From Elusimicrobiota bacterium (GTDB lineage: Bacteria > Elusimicrobiota > Elusimicrobia > UBA1565 > UBA9628), in the NCBI GenBank assembly GCA_016209035.1, contig JACQWX010000029.1:1676-65675 (forward strand): a stretch of 64,000 nt of DNA. The letters are read 5' to 3'. The position numbers and the translations under genes were made by a program. Shown piece after piece: positions 45,386 to 54,908 of the stretch (within the stretch, counting starts at the first letter, position 1; each line of letters starts with the position of its first letter). The notes beneath the pieces were generated by a model. That model did not search any database and was not told the origin of the DNA. It saw only the letters and a program-made list of their open reading frames with translations.

Positions 45386-47133
45386 AGCCGCGTCGCCCGC
45401 AGGCGGGCGACCTCTTCATCATGACGTCTCCGTTCGATGGCGACCTTGTCGGCCGGGATCTCCTTGCGCTCGAGCGCCTCGGCGAAGGCGTCGTCGTCGA
45501 AGGGCCGGACCCAGCGGTATTCGTGCTCCGCGAGCCACTGGACCGGCGCCTTGCGGCGGTCCACGAACAGCAGGGCAGCCTCGTCCCAATACACCAGGGC
45601 CCAGCGCTCCTTGGGGAAGGTGAAAAGGTACCAGGGCCTGAGGAACCTCTTGGTCGAGCCGTCGCGGTAGGCCTTGCGCGTGGCGAACCAGGACTTGATG
45701 TTGCGCAGGAACAAGCCGTCGAACCCTTGTTTGTCCACGTAATCCTTGGTCTTCTCCACGGACTTGACCGCCTCGCCGATCTCGGGCAGGTGCCCGTGGA
45801 AGATGTAGCGGCCGTCGTCGAAGACCTTGTGCCAGGGACCGAGCCTCCAGCCGAGGTAGCCTCCCCATTCCCACGGGTTGTAGAGGCGCAGACCCTCGAA
45901 GGCCTTCCTCTCCTCCGCCACGAACTCGGCCGCAGCCACCGGGACGAAGCGGCCGTCGAAGAATCCGGGCCAGACGAGGCGCGGCGCGATCCCCCACCCG
46001 AGGAAGACGGCGTAGCACAGCCCCGCGGCCAGCAGGGCCTTGGAGGCCCTGGCCGCCGCGAGCCAGCCGGCCTCGTGCGCGACCTGGAAGATGAGCGCAA
46101 CGCCCAAGGGCACGAAGAAGGCTCCCACGCGGACATGGCGCACCGCGCCCAAGCCCAGCGCCAGGGCCGCCAGCACCGGCCCTGACGGGAACCTCGCCGG
46201 ATGCCGGGCCGTCGCAGGCCTTGATGCGCCCTGGCGCGGGCGTCCTCCGCTCGCCAGGTGCCTTGGGCGAATATGGGAAGCCGCCCAAGGTGCCGAGCGC
46301 AGCCGGACGACGACCACCGCCAGGAACGCGAGCAGGATCGCCCAGAAAGGCTGATGGAACCTGTTTGAGAAGGTGGTCGCGGACCACTCCTGGATGTGCC
46401 TCGAGAGGTCCGCCCTGCTCCACCAATGCTCCAGCATGACGAGATACGGGCCAACGCCGCTCGGATTGACCAGGGTCCCTAGGAACGCGGCCGCGGCCAC
46501 GCCCGCAAGCGTTATCGCCTCGGACCACCTGCGCTCGGCCGCGGCCGCCAGGACGCAGCAGGCCAGCAGCAGGAACCCGAACAGACAGCCTGCGTGGAAG
46601 TTCGTCCACAGGGCGAATCCCACGAACGCAGCGGCGATCCCGCGGGGGCCGACCCGGCGGCGTTGCAGCCGCACCCTCTCCACCCCCAGATAGAGCAAGC
46701 CGAAGCCGATGACGGAGAACTGATCGGGCCTGAGGTCCGCGCGCGGGAGGTTCCCGGCGGACCAAGCCACCACCGCGGCCGCCAGGGCCGGACCGGGGAC
46801 GCCGTGGAGCCGCAGGGTTCCGACGAGGACCGCGGCAGAGACGGCCATGAGCGCGGCCTTGAGCAGCCAGAGGCCCGCCATGCCGCCGAGCGCGTGCACG
46901 CCGTAATAGAAGACCTGGGAGAGCCATTCGAAGTCGGCCCAAGGAGCGCCTTGCATCGTGTAGGAAAGGAAATCCTCGCGGACGAGCCTGCCGTGCTCGA
47001 CCATCCACCGTCCCGCGGATAGGTGCCAGAAGAGATCGGGGTTATAGAGCGGCAGGAGGAACGGGAGGCACGACAAGAGCGCCGCGCCCAGCCAGAGCCA
47101 GAGCGCACCACCCTCGTTGAGAGGGTTCCTCAC
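45382..47133 (-). CDS. Polytopic integral membrane protein of unknown function (glycosyltransferase-like topology: ~10 TM + C-terminal soluble domain)
   Basis: The 583-aa protein has an N-terminal motif PDLFWHLSAGRWMVEHGRLVREDFLSYT followed by multiple hydrophobic helices. A C-terminal soluble region reads LYNPWEWGGYLGWRL. An internal Arg/Pro-rich low-complexity insert is present. It overlaps the NYN gene by 4 nt. Confidence 0.55.
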   Translation of the reverse strand: MRNPLNEGGALWLWLGAALLSCLPFLLPLYNPDLFWHLSAGRWMVEHGRLVREDFLSYTMQGAPWADFEWLSQVFYYGVHALGGMAGLWLLKAALMAVSAAVLVGTLRLHGVPGPALAAAVVAWSAGNLPRADLRPDQFSVIGFGLLYLGVERVRLQRRRVGPRGIAAAFVGFALWTNFHAGCLFGFLLLACCVLAAAAERRWSEAITLAGVAAAAFLGTLVNPSGVGPYLVMLEHWWSRADLSRHIQEWSATTFSNRFHQPFWAILLAFLAVVVVRLRSAPWAASHIRPRHLASGGRPRQGASRPATARHPARFPSGPVLAALALGLGAVRHVRVGAFFVPLGVALIFQVAHEAGWLAAARASKALLAAGLCYAVFLGWGIAPRLVWPGFFDGRFVPVAAAEFVAEERKAFEGLRLYNPWEWGGYLGWRLGPWHKVFDDGRYIFHGHLPEIGEAVKSVEKTKDYVDKQGFDGLFLRNIKSWFATRKAYRDGSTKRFLRPWYLFTFPKERWALVYWDEAALLFVDRRKAPVQWLAEHEYRWVRPFDDDAFAEALERKEIPADKVAIERRRHDEEVARLRATRL

Positions 47134-47141
47134 ATTCTGTA

Positions 47142-47336
47142 TTATCTGGAGGGACGGACCACGCGCCCCGACTTGATGCAGACGGAGCAGGCATAGGCCG
47201 TCACGGTCCGGCCGTCCAGGACGAACTTCTGCCGCTGCAGATTGGGCCGGAAGACACGCTTGGTGGCGCGATGGGAGTGGCTGTAGCTGAAGCCCGAGAC
47301 CGGGCCTTTACCGCAGATTGCGCATTTGAATGCCAT
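47142..47336 (-). CDS. rpmB: 50S ribosomal protein L28
   Basis: MAFKCAICGKGPVSGFSYSHSHRATKRVFRPNLQRQKFVLDGRTVTAYACSVCIKSGRV matches the L28 pattern (C-x-x-C-GK-x-P..G...SHS...TKR.F.PNL). Confidence 0.85.
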   Translation of the reverse strand: MAFKCAICGKGPVSGFSYSHSHRATKRVFRPNLQRQKFVLDGRTVTAYACSVCIKSGRVVRPSR

Positions 47337-47412
47337 GATGGTGCCTTACCGTCATTATACTAAAAGCGCGCCTCATCCTCAATCAGGGGGGCCCAAGCCG
47401 CTCGGGGAGCAT

Positions 47413-49479
47413 TTGAGCCGCGTCCTGACCGGGGTCGGCCCCAAGCGCAGCCGTCAACTCGCCCTCCTGGGCATCGAGACCCCCCAGGACATCCTGTACC
47501 ATTTCCCCCGCGACTGGCAGGACCGCAGCGCCGGCACGGACCTCTCCAAGCCTCCGGTCGGGCCGGTGGTCTTCCAGTGCCGCGTGCTGAGCTCCCGCCT
47601 CATCCGCACCAACCCGCGCCTGGGCATCTTCAGAGCGCGGGTCGCCACCGGGGACCGCAAGGTGGACGTGCTGTGGTTCAAGCACCTGAGTTTCCGCTAC
47701 GACGTCTTCGCCACCCTCAAGAAGGACATCACGCCGGGCGCGGACCTCTGGATCGTGGGCCGCGCCGAGGGGGATCTCCTCGGGGTGCGCGAGGTGCGGG
47801 CGGAAGAATACTACCTCATGACGGACCCCCGGCGCTCCCTGCATGTGGGACGCATCGTGCCCCTCTACCACCTGACCGAGGGCATCAGCCAGCACCTGAT
47901 GCGCGAACTCACGCACCAGGCCGTCGCCGCCGGGATCGCATCGCTGCGGGAACCCCTCCCGCCCGCCCTTCTCCACAAGCGGGGCCTCTTGTCCCTGCCG
48001 CAGACCCTCTCCGCCGTGCATTTCCCAAGGTCCTTCGCCGAGCTCGAGGCGGCCCGCACGCGCCTCGCCTACGAGGAGTTTCTGCTCCTCGAGTTCGCCT
48101 GGATCTTCAAGCGCCGGCAGACGCGGGGCCTGGCCAAGAACTTCACCTACGAGGTCAAACGCCACCTCCTCACCCCCTTCCGCGAGGCGCTGGGCTTCGA
48201 GCTGACCCGCGCCCAGAAGCGGGTCATCAACGAGATCTTCGACGACATGCGCCGGCCCTACCCCATGACCAGGCTCCTGCAGGGCGACGTCGGCTCGGGC
48301 AAGACCGTCGTCGCCCTCTCGGCGCTCCTGTTGGCGGTCGAGAACGGCTGCCAAGGCGCCTTCATGGTCCCCACCGAGATCCTCGCCGACCAGCACATGG
48401 TCACCCTGTCGCAGTTCCTCAAGGGCCTGCCGGTCCGGTGCGCCATGCTCACCTCCCGGCTCAGTAAACGCGAACGGGACCGCACCATCGAGGCGGTCCG
48501 CCGGGGAGAGGTCGCCATCCTCGTCGGGACCCACGCCCTGCTGGAGAGCGACGTCTCGTTCCCGAGGCTCCGGCTGGCGGTCATCGACGAGCAGCACCGC
48601 TTCGGCGTGCGCCAGCGCACGACCCTGCGCCAGAAGAGCGCGCTCCTCGACCTCCTGGTCATGACCGCGACCCCCATCCCGCGGACGCTCGCGCTCGCCC
48701 TCTACGGCGACCTCGACGTCTCCACGCTCGACGAGATGCCCCCCAACAAGAGCACCGCTCAAACCTTTCACCGCAGCGAGGGGGAAGCCCTCGCCGCGGT
48801 CAAAGCCGAGGTCGCCAAAGGTCATCAGGCCTACATCGTCTACCCCATCATCGAGGAGTCCGCCAACCTCGACCTCCAATCGGCCAAGGCCGAGTACGCG
48901 CGCCTGCGCGCGGGGGAACTCGCGGGCCTGCGCGTCGCCCTGATCCACGGCGCCATGCCGGGCAGGACCAAGGCGAAGATCATGGCCGAGTTCGGCAAGA
49001 AGCTCTGGGACGTGCTGGTGGCGACCCCCGTCATAGAGGTCGGCATCGACGTGCCCAACGCCACCGTCATGGTCGTCCAGAACGCGGACCGCTTCGGCAT
49101 GGCGAGCCTGCACCAGCTGCGGGGCCGCATCGGCCGGGGACCGTACGCCTCGACCTGCTGCCTCGTCGCGGACCCCAAGACCGATGACGCGCGCCTCCGC
49201 ATCGAGACCCTGGTCGCCACCTACGACGGCTTCCGCATCGGCGAGGAGGACCTGAAGATCCGCGGGCCAGGCGAGTTCATGGGCACTGCCCAGCACGGCG
49301 AACTGACCCTGAAGATCGCGGACCTCTTCCGCCACGCCGGGCTCCTGCGCCAAGCCCGGCAGGACGCCGAGGAGGTCCTCCAGGGAGACCCGCGCCTGCT
49401 GGCCGCCGAGAACCAGCCCCTGCGGGAGAGGCTCCTGAGCCTCTATAAGGAGAAATGGAATTGCATCGATTTGGCATGA
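47413..49479 (+). CDS. recG: ATP-dependent DNA helicase RecG
   Basis: The wedge and N-terminus read LTGVGPKRSRQLALLGIETPQDILYHFPRDWQDR. Helicase motifs are motif I (LLQGDVGSGKT), motif II (DEQHRFGV), ATATPIPRT and the TRG motif (QLRGRIGRG). The start was moved to in-frame TTG 47413, because the ATG at 47326 would overlap rpmB and encodes non-conserved residues. Confidence 0.8.
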   Translation: MSRVLTGVGPKRSRQLALLGIETPQDILYHFPRDWQDRSAGTDLSKPPVGPVVFQCRVLSSRLIRTNPRLGIFRARVATGDRKVDVLWFKHLSFRYDVFATLKKDITPGADLWIVGRAEGDLLGVREVRAEEYYLMTDPRRSLHVGRIVPLYHLTEGISQHLMRELTHQAVAAGIASLREPLPPALLHKRGLLSLPQTLSAVHFPRSFAELEAARTRLAYEEFLLLEFAWIFKRRQTRGLAKNFTYEVKRHLLTPFREALGFELTRAQKRVINEIFDDMRRPYPMTRLLQGDVGSGKTVVALSALLLAVENGCQGAFMVPTEILADQHMVTLSQFLKGLPVRCAMLTSRLSKRERDRTIEAVRRGEVAILVGTHALLESDVSFPRLRLAVIDEQHRFGVRQRTTLRQKSALLDLLVMTATPIPRTLALALYGDLDVSTLDEMPPNKSTAQTFHRSEGEALAAVKAEVAKGHQAYIVYPIIEESANLDLQSAKAEYARLRAGELAGLRVALIHGAMPGRTKAKIMAEFGKKLWDVLVATPVIEVGIDVPNATVMVVQNADRFGMASLHQLRGRIGRGPYASTCCLVADPKTDDARLRIETLVATYDGFRIGEEDLKIRGPGEFMGTAQHGELTLKIADLFRHAGLLRQARQDAEEVLQGDPRLLAAENQPLRERLLSLYKEKWNCIDLA

Positions 49480-49523
49480 TGGACGGCCAATCATTCCTTG
49501 CCGAAAGGAGAGCGTTCAACGCC

Positions 49524-50381
49524 ATGAAATTCAGCCGTTTTCTGAAGTGTTTTCTCCTCCTGAATTCCATGGCGTTTCCGCTGGCTGCCCAAGTCGACCG
49601 CGAAAGGCTCTCCATCATCGGCTGGTCCAAGGGCTGCTCGGTCGCCGTCGAGTACTACGGGTACCCCGGGCTGGGCGCCGGCATCTTCAACGAGCCGATC
49701 TCGATCCAGATCGGCTCCATCTCCCTCAAGCAGCCGGCCAAGACCGCCGTCACGGACTGGGTCATCAACGCGGAAGGCAAGGCCGTCTGGGACCAGGGCA
49801 AGGCGCGCAAGGCTGTCGACAAGCTCAAGAAGTCGGGCTACGCGCTCCTCGGCTCCTCGGAGACCGTGCCGGCGGCTCCCTCCGGCTGGCCGGAGATCGA
49901 CGAGGTCCTGCTCACCACCCGGTCCCTGGGCGCGCTCTCGCCCTCGGGCTGGCCGGTCGCGGATTTCCGCCTTCACCAGATACACTACTCGCCCATGGGC
50001 ACCTGCACGCTCCTGGTCTACCGCTGGACCGGCTCCTCGGACCGGGACTTCTTCCATTTCGTCCTCGCGCGGATGCTCAACCCCAGGGCGCGCGTCAACC
50101 GCGCCGCCGCTCACCTGGACCTGGCCAACCGTCTCTTCGACCGCGGCGACCTAGCCGGAGCGCTCGCCGAGTCTGCGCTCGCGGCCGCGGGCGCCCAGCG
50201 CGACGCCGAGGCCCGCTACAAGCACGCCGCGTACCTGGCCCTCTCCGGCTACCCGGAGGACGCCCTCGACGAGCTGGCCGAGGCGGTCCGCTACGACAAG
50301 AAGAACAAGGACCGCGCCCGGCAGGATCCGGACTTCGAGAGCCTGCGCAAGAACAAGAGCTTCCGCCGCCTGACGCGATAG
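49524..50381 (+). CDS. Hypothetical secreted protein with C-terminal TPR-like helical region
   Basis: The signal peptide MKFSRFLKCFLLLNSMAFPLAAQ starts at the third Met. The C-terminus has Ala-rich helices (LANRLFDRGDLAGALAESALAAAG...YKHAAYLALSGYPEDALDELAEAVRYD). No family was recognised. Confidence 0.5.
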   Translation: MKFSRFLKCFLLLNSMAFPLAAQVDRERLSIIGWSKGCSVAVEYYGYPGLGAGIFNEPISIQIGSISLKQPAKTAVTDWVINAEGKAVWDQGKARKAVDKLKKSGYALLGSSETVPAAPSGWPEIDEVLLTTRSLGALSPSGWPVADFRLHQIHYSPMGTCTLLVYRWTGSSDRDFFHFVLARMLNPRARVNRAAAHLDLANRLFDRGDLAGALAESALAAAGAQRDAEARYKHAAYLALSGYPEDALDELAEAVRYDKKNKDRARQDPDFESLRKNKSFRRLTR

Positions 50382-50588
50382 ATGCCGCCGGGGACACTCT
50401 TCGCCGTCTTCGTGGCCGCGGCCCTGCCCGCGCTCTCGGCCGACGCGTCCCGCGCCTATCCTTGGCTGCGGGGCAGGCCGGCCTCGGACTCCGTGGCGAC
50501 GCGCTTCCCCTCGTCCGAGGGCTTCGCAAGGACTCCCGTCGCGGCCGGCTCCTTCGGGGAGTTTCCCTCCGGCGTTTCTAGCCGGGCC

Positions 50589-50622
50589 TTGACGATCTTG
50601 CTGGTCGCTTGTATAATTATAC
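50589..50622 (+). promoter_or_regulatory. Consensus sigma70-type promoter (TTGACG-17nt-TATAAT) with perfect 12-bp palindrome GTATAATTATAC overlapping the -10; likely autoregulated TetR operator
   Basis: The -35 is 50589..50594 and the -10 is 50612..50617, with a 17-nt spacer. The palindrome is 50611..50622. An AGGAGG RBS lies at 50640..50645, 7 nt before ATG 50653. Confidence 0.6.
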
Positions 50623-50652
50623 TATCGGCTAATCACAATAGGAGGCGCGCCC

Positions 50653-51291
50653 ATGAGCAGGCCGTCGCGCAACCAGGACAAGCTCCTCATCCAGGCGGGA
50701 CGAAAGCTCCTGCCGGAGACCGGCATCTCGGGCTTGAGCGTCCGCAAGGTCGCCGCCGAGGCCGGGGTCAACCCCGGCATGTTCCACTACCACTTCAAGA
50801 CCAAGCGCAGGTTCGCCCGGATGGTGCTCCAGGAGATCTACGAGGAGTTCTTCAAGGGCTTCAGCGTGGAATCCGGGGGCGGGTCCCCCCCGCTCGAGCG
50901 CCTGCGAAGGGCCCTCCTGGCCCTGGGCAGGTTCGCCCGGGACAACCGGCGGCTCTTCATCATCCTGCTCCATGACGTCATCGAGGGCGAGGCCGAGGTC
51001 ACGAGCTTCGTGACCGCCAATTTCCCGCGCCACATCGGCATCCTCCTCGGGCTCATCCGGGAGTGCCGGGGCCGTGGTCTTCTCAAGAAAGCGCCCCTGC
51101 CCAACACGGTCGCGTTCCTGGCCGGCGGCGCCATCGCGCCCAATGTCGGGTTCGGCCTTCTGGAGCGGGTATCCAGCCGCAAGCCCCTGGGGCTCGCGAT
51201 GCGCTTCATCGAGCCCATGCTAGTGTCCGACGCGGCCATCGCTTCCCGGGTGGACTGGGCCTTGGCCGCCCTCGCCAAGGAGGCCGCATGA
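50653..51291 (+). CDS. TetR/AcrR-family transcriptional regulator
   Basis: The N-terminal TetR HTH is LLIQAGRKLLPETGISGLSVRKVAAEAGVNPGMFHYHFKTK, and it has an all-helical C-terminal domain. Confidence 0.8.
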   Translation: MSRPSRNQDKLLIQAGRKLLPETGISGLSVRKVAAEAGVNPGMFHYHFKTKRRFARMVLQEIYEEFFKGFSVESGGGSPPLERLRRALLALGRFARDNRRLFIILLHDVIEGEAEVTSFVTANFPRHIGILLGLIRECRGRGLLKKAPLPNTVAFLAGGAIAPNVGFGLLERVSSRKPLGLAMRFIEPMLVSDAAIASRVDWALAALAKEAA

Positions 51292-52649
51292 ACGCCCTGC
51301 TGCTGTCTCTTCCTTTAATAGTCGCTTCCCCGGGCTCGGCCCTTGGCCGCGCCCAGGCCGCTCCAGAGCTCCGGGCGACCCTGGCCGAAGCCGTCGCCTC
51401 CGCGGAGGCGGATTCCCCGGCTCTGCGCTCCGCGCAGGCCGAATGGAAGGCCGCGGTCAGCCGCAGCGAGAGCCGCTGGAGCGGCCGTTGGCCTGAGCTG
51501 ACGGCCGAATCCTCCTATAAGTTCGCCGGCGAGGTCCCCTCGCTCTCCGTCATCCCGGGCCGCACCCAGTCCCTGGGCGACCATCACAACTACTCCCTGG
51601 GCCCCTCCCTGAGCTGGACGCTCTGGGACCAGGGCGCCCGGCGCGACGCCTGGCTGGCCGCCGTTTCCGCGGCGCGCGCCCGGGCAGAGGACGTCGATGC
51701 CCAGCGCAGGCAGGCGCGCTTGAAGACGCGGCTCGCCTATTTCCAGGCCCAGCTCGCGCTCGAACAAGTCCGGCTCCTGGCGGATTCGCTCAAGCTCGCG
51801 CAGTCGCAGTACGGCGACATCGAGAAGCGCCGTCAAGCCGGGGCATCGAGCCGCCTGGACTCGCTCTCGGCCCATCAGGAGGTGCTCGCTCGGCTGCGGC
51901 AGTTCCGTCAGGCCAGGTCCGACCTCGCGGCCGCTCTGCGCGACCTCTACGCATTGACCGGGAAAGAGCCTTCCGAGGACCTCTCCCTCCCTCTCGACGG
52001 CAGGACCGCGCCCCTGCCCGAGGACGTCGAGCCCGCCAGCGTCTTGATCGCGCTCGACCCCCTCGAGGATTCGCTGAAGTCCTTGGCCGCGGTCGAGGCC
52101 GGGGCCCTCGACGCGGGCCACCCGGGCGTCGCGGCCCTGCGGGAGTCGGCGCGGTCCTACAAGCTCTCCGCCGGCGGGACCCGCGCGGGGCTCTGGCCGA
52201 GGCTGGGATTCACCGGCCGCACCAGCCTCGAATATCCCAACGGCCCCGTCCTGGAAGCCTTCCATCAGAACACGGTCGGGGTCTTCGCCAGCATGCCCCT
52301 CTTCGAGTTCGGCCGCACCCGCCGGGAAGCGGCCTCCTTCGAACGCCAGGCAGAAGCCGCGGACGAGCGCGCCGAGGCCGCGCGGCGCGACCTCGCCCGC
52401 GATTGGCGCAAAGCCAAGGACCAGCTCCTCGGCCTCAAGGCGCAGAAGACGCTCTGCCTCCAGGCCGTGTCCGAAGCGCGGGAGGCGGCGGACCTCACCT
52501 ACGAATCCTACAAGGCGGGACGGGTCACCTTCATCGAGGTGCAGTCCGCCAACCTGCGCGAGATCGAGGCCCGAGTCCAGGCGGCCCGCATCGATGCCCA
52601 AGCCCTCATGCAGCTCGCCTCCCTGGCGAGCCTCGCGGAGAAGGAGTGA
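51288..52649 (+). CDS. TolC-family outer-membrane efflux protein
   Basis: A signal peptide is followed by two repeats of the OEP coiled-coil/beta pattern, with an Ala/Leu/Gln-rich heptad-like sequence and SLEYPNGPVLEAFHQNTVGVFASMPLF beta segments. The ATG overlaps the tetR stop (ATGA). Confidence 0.75.
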   Translation: MNALLLSLPLIVASPGSALGRAQAAPELRATLAEAVASAEADSPALRSAQAEWKAAVSRSESRWSGRWPELTAESSYKFAGEVPSLSVIPGRTQSLGDHHNYSLGPSLSWTLWDQGARRDAWLAAVSAARARAEDVDAQRRQARLKTRLAYFQAQLALEQVRLLADSLKLAQSQYGDIEKRRQAGASSRLDSLSAHQEVLARLRQFRQARSDLAAALRDLYALTGKEPSEDLSLPLDGRTAPLPEDVEPASVLIALDPLEDSLKSLAAVEAGALDAGHPGVAALRESARSYKLSAGGTRAGLWPRLGFTGRTSLEYPNGPVLEAFHQNTVGVFASMPLFEFGRTRREAASFERQAEAADERAEAARRDLARDWRKAKDQLLGLKAQKTLCLQAVSEAREAADLTYESYKAGRVTFIEVQSANLREIEARVQAARIDAQALMQLASLASLAEKE

Positions 52650-52653
52650 CCCC

Positions 52654-53243
52654 ATGAAGCCGCGAAATATCGCCGTCCTGCTGGTCCTGGCGGCCGCGGC
52701 GGGGAGCCTCCTGCGCAAGGGGGAGTTCCTCTACGCGGGCACGGTCGAGGCCACGGAGATCGACATCTCTTCGCGCCTCAGCTCCACCATCGCCTCCTTC
52801 GATGTCAAGGAAGGCCGGCCCGTGAAGGCCGGCCAGGTCATGGTGCGGCTGTCCTGCGAGGACGTCAAGCTCGCCGCGGACATCGCGGAACGGGACTTCA
52901 AGCGCGCCCAGAAGCTGCGCGACGGCGCCATGACAGAGGAGGCCTACGACCGCCTCCGGTACAAGCGGGACGACGCCCAGCTCAGGCTCGACTGGTGCGC
53001 GGTCAAGGCGCCCCTGGACGCCACGGTCCTGGCCGTCTACCACGAAGCCGACGAGTCGGTCTCCCCGGGCGCCAGGCTCCTCACCCTGGCGGACTTGAGC
53101 GAAGTCTGTGCCATGGTCTACGTCCCCCAACCCCAGACCCGGGAGGAGCGCACCCGCCTGGTCTACGGGGTGAAGGTCTCCTGTCCCCAACCAGGACCGC
53201 GTGCTCAAGCCCGGCATGACCGTCGAGGCGCGCCTGCCGCGAT
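52654..53243 (+). pseudogene. HlyD-family periplasmic adaptor (membrane fusion protein), apparent 1-nt frameshift near 53175-53188
   Basis: An N-terminal TM is followed by a lipoyl-like FDVKEGRPVKAGQVMVRL segment. In the ATG frame the conserved C-terminus degenerates after RLVYGVKVS. Another frame encodes the expected ending NQDRVLKPGMTVEARLPR-stop (53243..53245). The shift falls in a C-run (ctgtccccaacc). Confidence 0.55.
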
Positions 53244-53255
53244 AGCGGCGACCCC

Positions 53256-53952
53256 ATGGTCGGCATCGAGACCTCGGCCGTCGCCAAGAGGCTGGGCCGC
53301 AACCAGGCCCTGGCCGGCGCGTCGCTCGATTTCCCGGCCGGGACGCTCAACGGGCTCATCGGCCCGGACGGCGCGGGCAAGACGACCCTGATGCGCGTGC
53401 TGGCCGGGCTGCTCAAGCCCGACTTGGGGCGCGTGCGCTACAGCGACGAGGGACGGGAGGTCCCCTTCGACCGCGGCCCCCCTCTCATCCGGGGAGATAC
53501 TGCTTGGCAAGACCGTCCCCTTCATCCTCCTCGGCATGGTGGATTGCTTCCTCGTGCTCCTGGCCGGCACGCTCCTCTTCAGCGTCCCCCTGAGAGGTCC
53601 GCTCTGGATGCTGGGGGTCGCGAGCGCGGCCCTCGTCGTCACCACCGTGTCCGTCGGGACCCTCATCTCCACGGTCGCGCGCAGCCAGCAGCAGGCCATG
53701 ATGGGGAGCTTCATCTTCCTGTTCCCCGCGAACCTCCTCTCCGGCATCATGTTCCCGGTGGAGAACATGCCGGCCGCCATCAGGTGGGTCGCCTACCTCG
53801 ACCCCCTCAAGTATTTCGTGACATTGGTGCGGGACGTCATGCTCAAGGGAGGCGATCCCGGCGTGTTCGCCTCCCACGTCGGGGCGCTGGCCGCGATGGC
53901 TGCTTTCACGGCCGCTCTCAGCTACAAGCGGTTCAGACAGACGCTCAATTGA
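53256..53952 (+). pseudogene. Deletion remnant fusing the 5' ~200 nt of an ABC transporter ATPase gene to the 3' ~480 nt of an ABC-2-type permease gene
   Basis: The ATPase N-terminus with Walker A (LNGLIGPDGAGKTTLMRVLAGLLKPDLGRV) loses homology after ~70 aa. From ~53470 another frame encodes GEILLGKTVPFILLGMVDCFLVLLAG...AIRWVAYLDPLKYFVTLVRDVML, the C-terminal half of an ABC-2 permease. The intervening ~170 aa of the ATPase and the N-terminal half of the permease are absent. Confidence 0.6.
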
Positions 53953-54016
53953 GGGTCGCAGGCTGAAAAATGCACTATAATCGTGCAGTCCAGTCGCTAC
54001 GGGACAGGAGGTCCTC

Positions 54017-54460
54017 GTGAAGTGTCCCAATTGCCAGGCCGAGGTTGCGGACCAAGCCACCGAGTGCCCGAATTGCTTCATCGTGTTCTATAAATGGAAA
54101 CAGGCACAGCGTTCCCGCGCGCAGGCCGCATCGGATCAGCCCGCCGGAGTTCAACGGCCCGTCGGCGATGTCACGGTCAAATGCTATGGATTCATCGAAC
54201 TCACCAAGGGGGGGTATCTGTTCTTGCAGACCCTGACCTTTCTCATGATCATCGCGGGGCTGGTATCGGCCTACTACATATCCGACGCGACCCTGCAATC
54301 CTTCATGCCTTCCGGCGGAGAGCCCGGCTTGTCGGTCGGCCAGGTGCGCCGCTACATGAAGATCTTCTGGTGGGTGGGTGCCGTCTACGAAAGCATCGAG
54401 GCCTGGGTCATCCTGGGCAGGTTCCGGGAGAAGGAAGAGGCCCTGTCTCGGCCGACCTGA
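54017..54460 (+). CDS. Hypothetical zinc-ribbon membrane protein
   Basis: The GTG start is preceded by AGGAGG 6 nt upstream. The N-terminus has CPNCQAEV...CPNCFIVF (a CxxC...CxxC ribbon), followed by two hydrophobic helices. Confidence 0.5.
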   Translation: MKCPNCQAEVADQATECPNCFIVFYKWKQAQRSRAQAASDQPAGVQRPVGDVTVKCYGFIELTKGGYLFLQTLTFLMIIAGLVSAYYISDATLQSFMPSGGEPGLSVGQVRRYMKIFWWVGAVYESIEAWVILGRFREKEEALSRPT

Positions 54461-54529
54461 ACCAGGCTGCCGGAGGGTGCGTTGCCCTCGGCCGCTTATG
54501 CGTCTGCGAGGAGGAGTGAGGAGGTCATC

Positions 54530-54877
54530 ATGGCACACGTTCAGACCGGAAAGACGAAAGAGGACCTTCGGGGCCGCGTCCTCAGGATGGATGAGCTGGT
54601 CGCCTACGAGAAGGGCTCGGTCGTGAGCCGCACCATCGTGGAGCGCGAGAAGGGGACGGTGACTCTCTTCGCCTTCGAGAAGGGCGAGGGCTTGAGCGAG
54701 CACACCGCGCCGTTCGACGCGCTGGTCCAAGTCCTGGACGGCGAGGCCGAGATCCGCGTCGACGGCAGGCCCCACCGGGTCAAGGCGGGGCAGTTCATCA
54801 TCATGCCCGCGGACAAGCCCCACGCCCTGCGCGCGGTCGAGCGGTTCAAGATGGCCCTGGTGATGATCCGGTCGTAG
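54530..54877 (+). CDS. Cupin-domain protein
   Basis: The 115-aa protein has a small cupin barrel signature (VQVLDGEAEIRVDGRPHRVKAGQFIIMPADKPHAL). GGAGG precedes the ATG at 54530, and the listed ORF's upstream extension was rejected. Confidence 0.65.
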   Translation: MAHVQTGKTKEDLRGRVLRMDELVAYEKGSVVSRTIVEREKGTVTLFAFEKGEGLSEHTAPFDALVQVLDGEAEIRVDGRPHRVKAGQFIIMPADKPHALRAVERFKMALVMIRS

Positions 54878-54908
54878 GGGGGCGGGCGCATTTCGTAGAA
54901 TATAGCTC

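Noticed and set aside
47383-49494. 703-aa minus-strand ORF
   Set aside because: It is antisense to recG, whose helicase motifs I-VI are present on the plus strand.
53256-53966. 236-aa ORF as an intact ABC ATPase
   Set aside because: Only the first ~70 residues (Walker A) look like an ATPase. Beyond that the frame is nonsense, while another frame encodes the permease C-terminus, so it is a deletion-fusion remnant.
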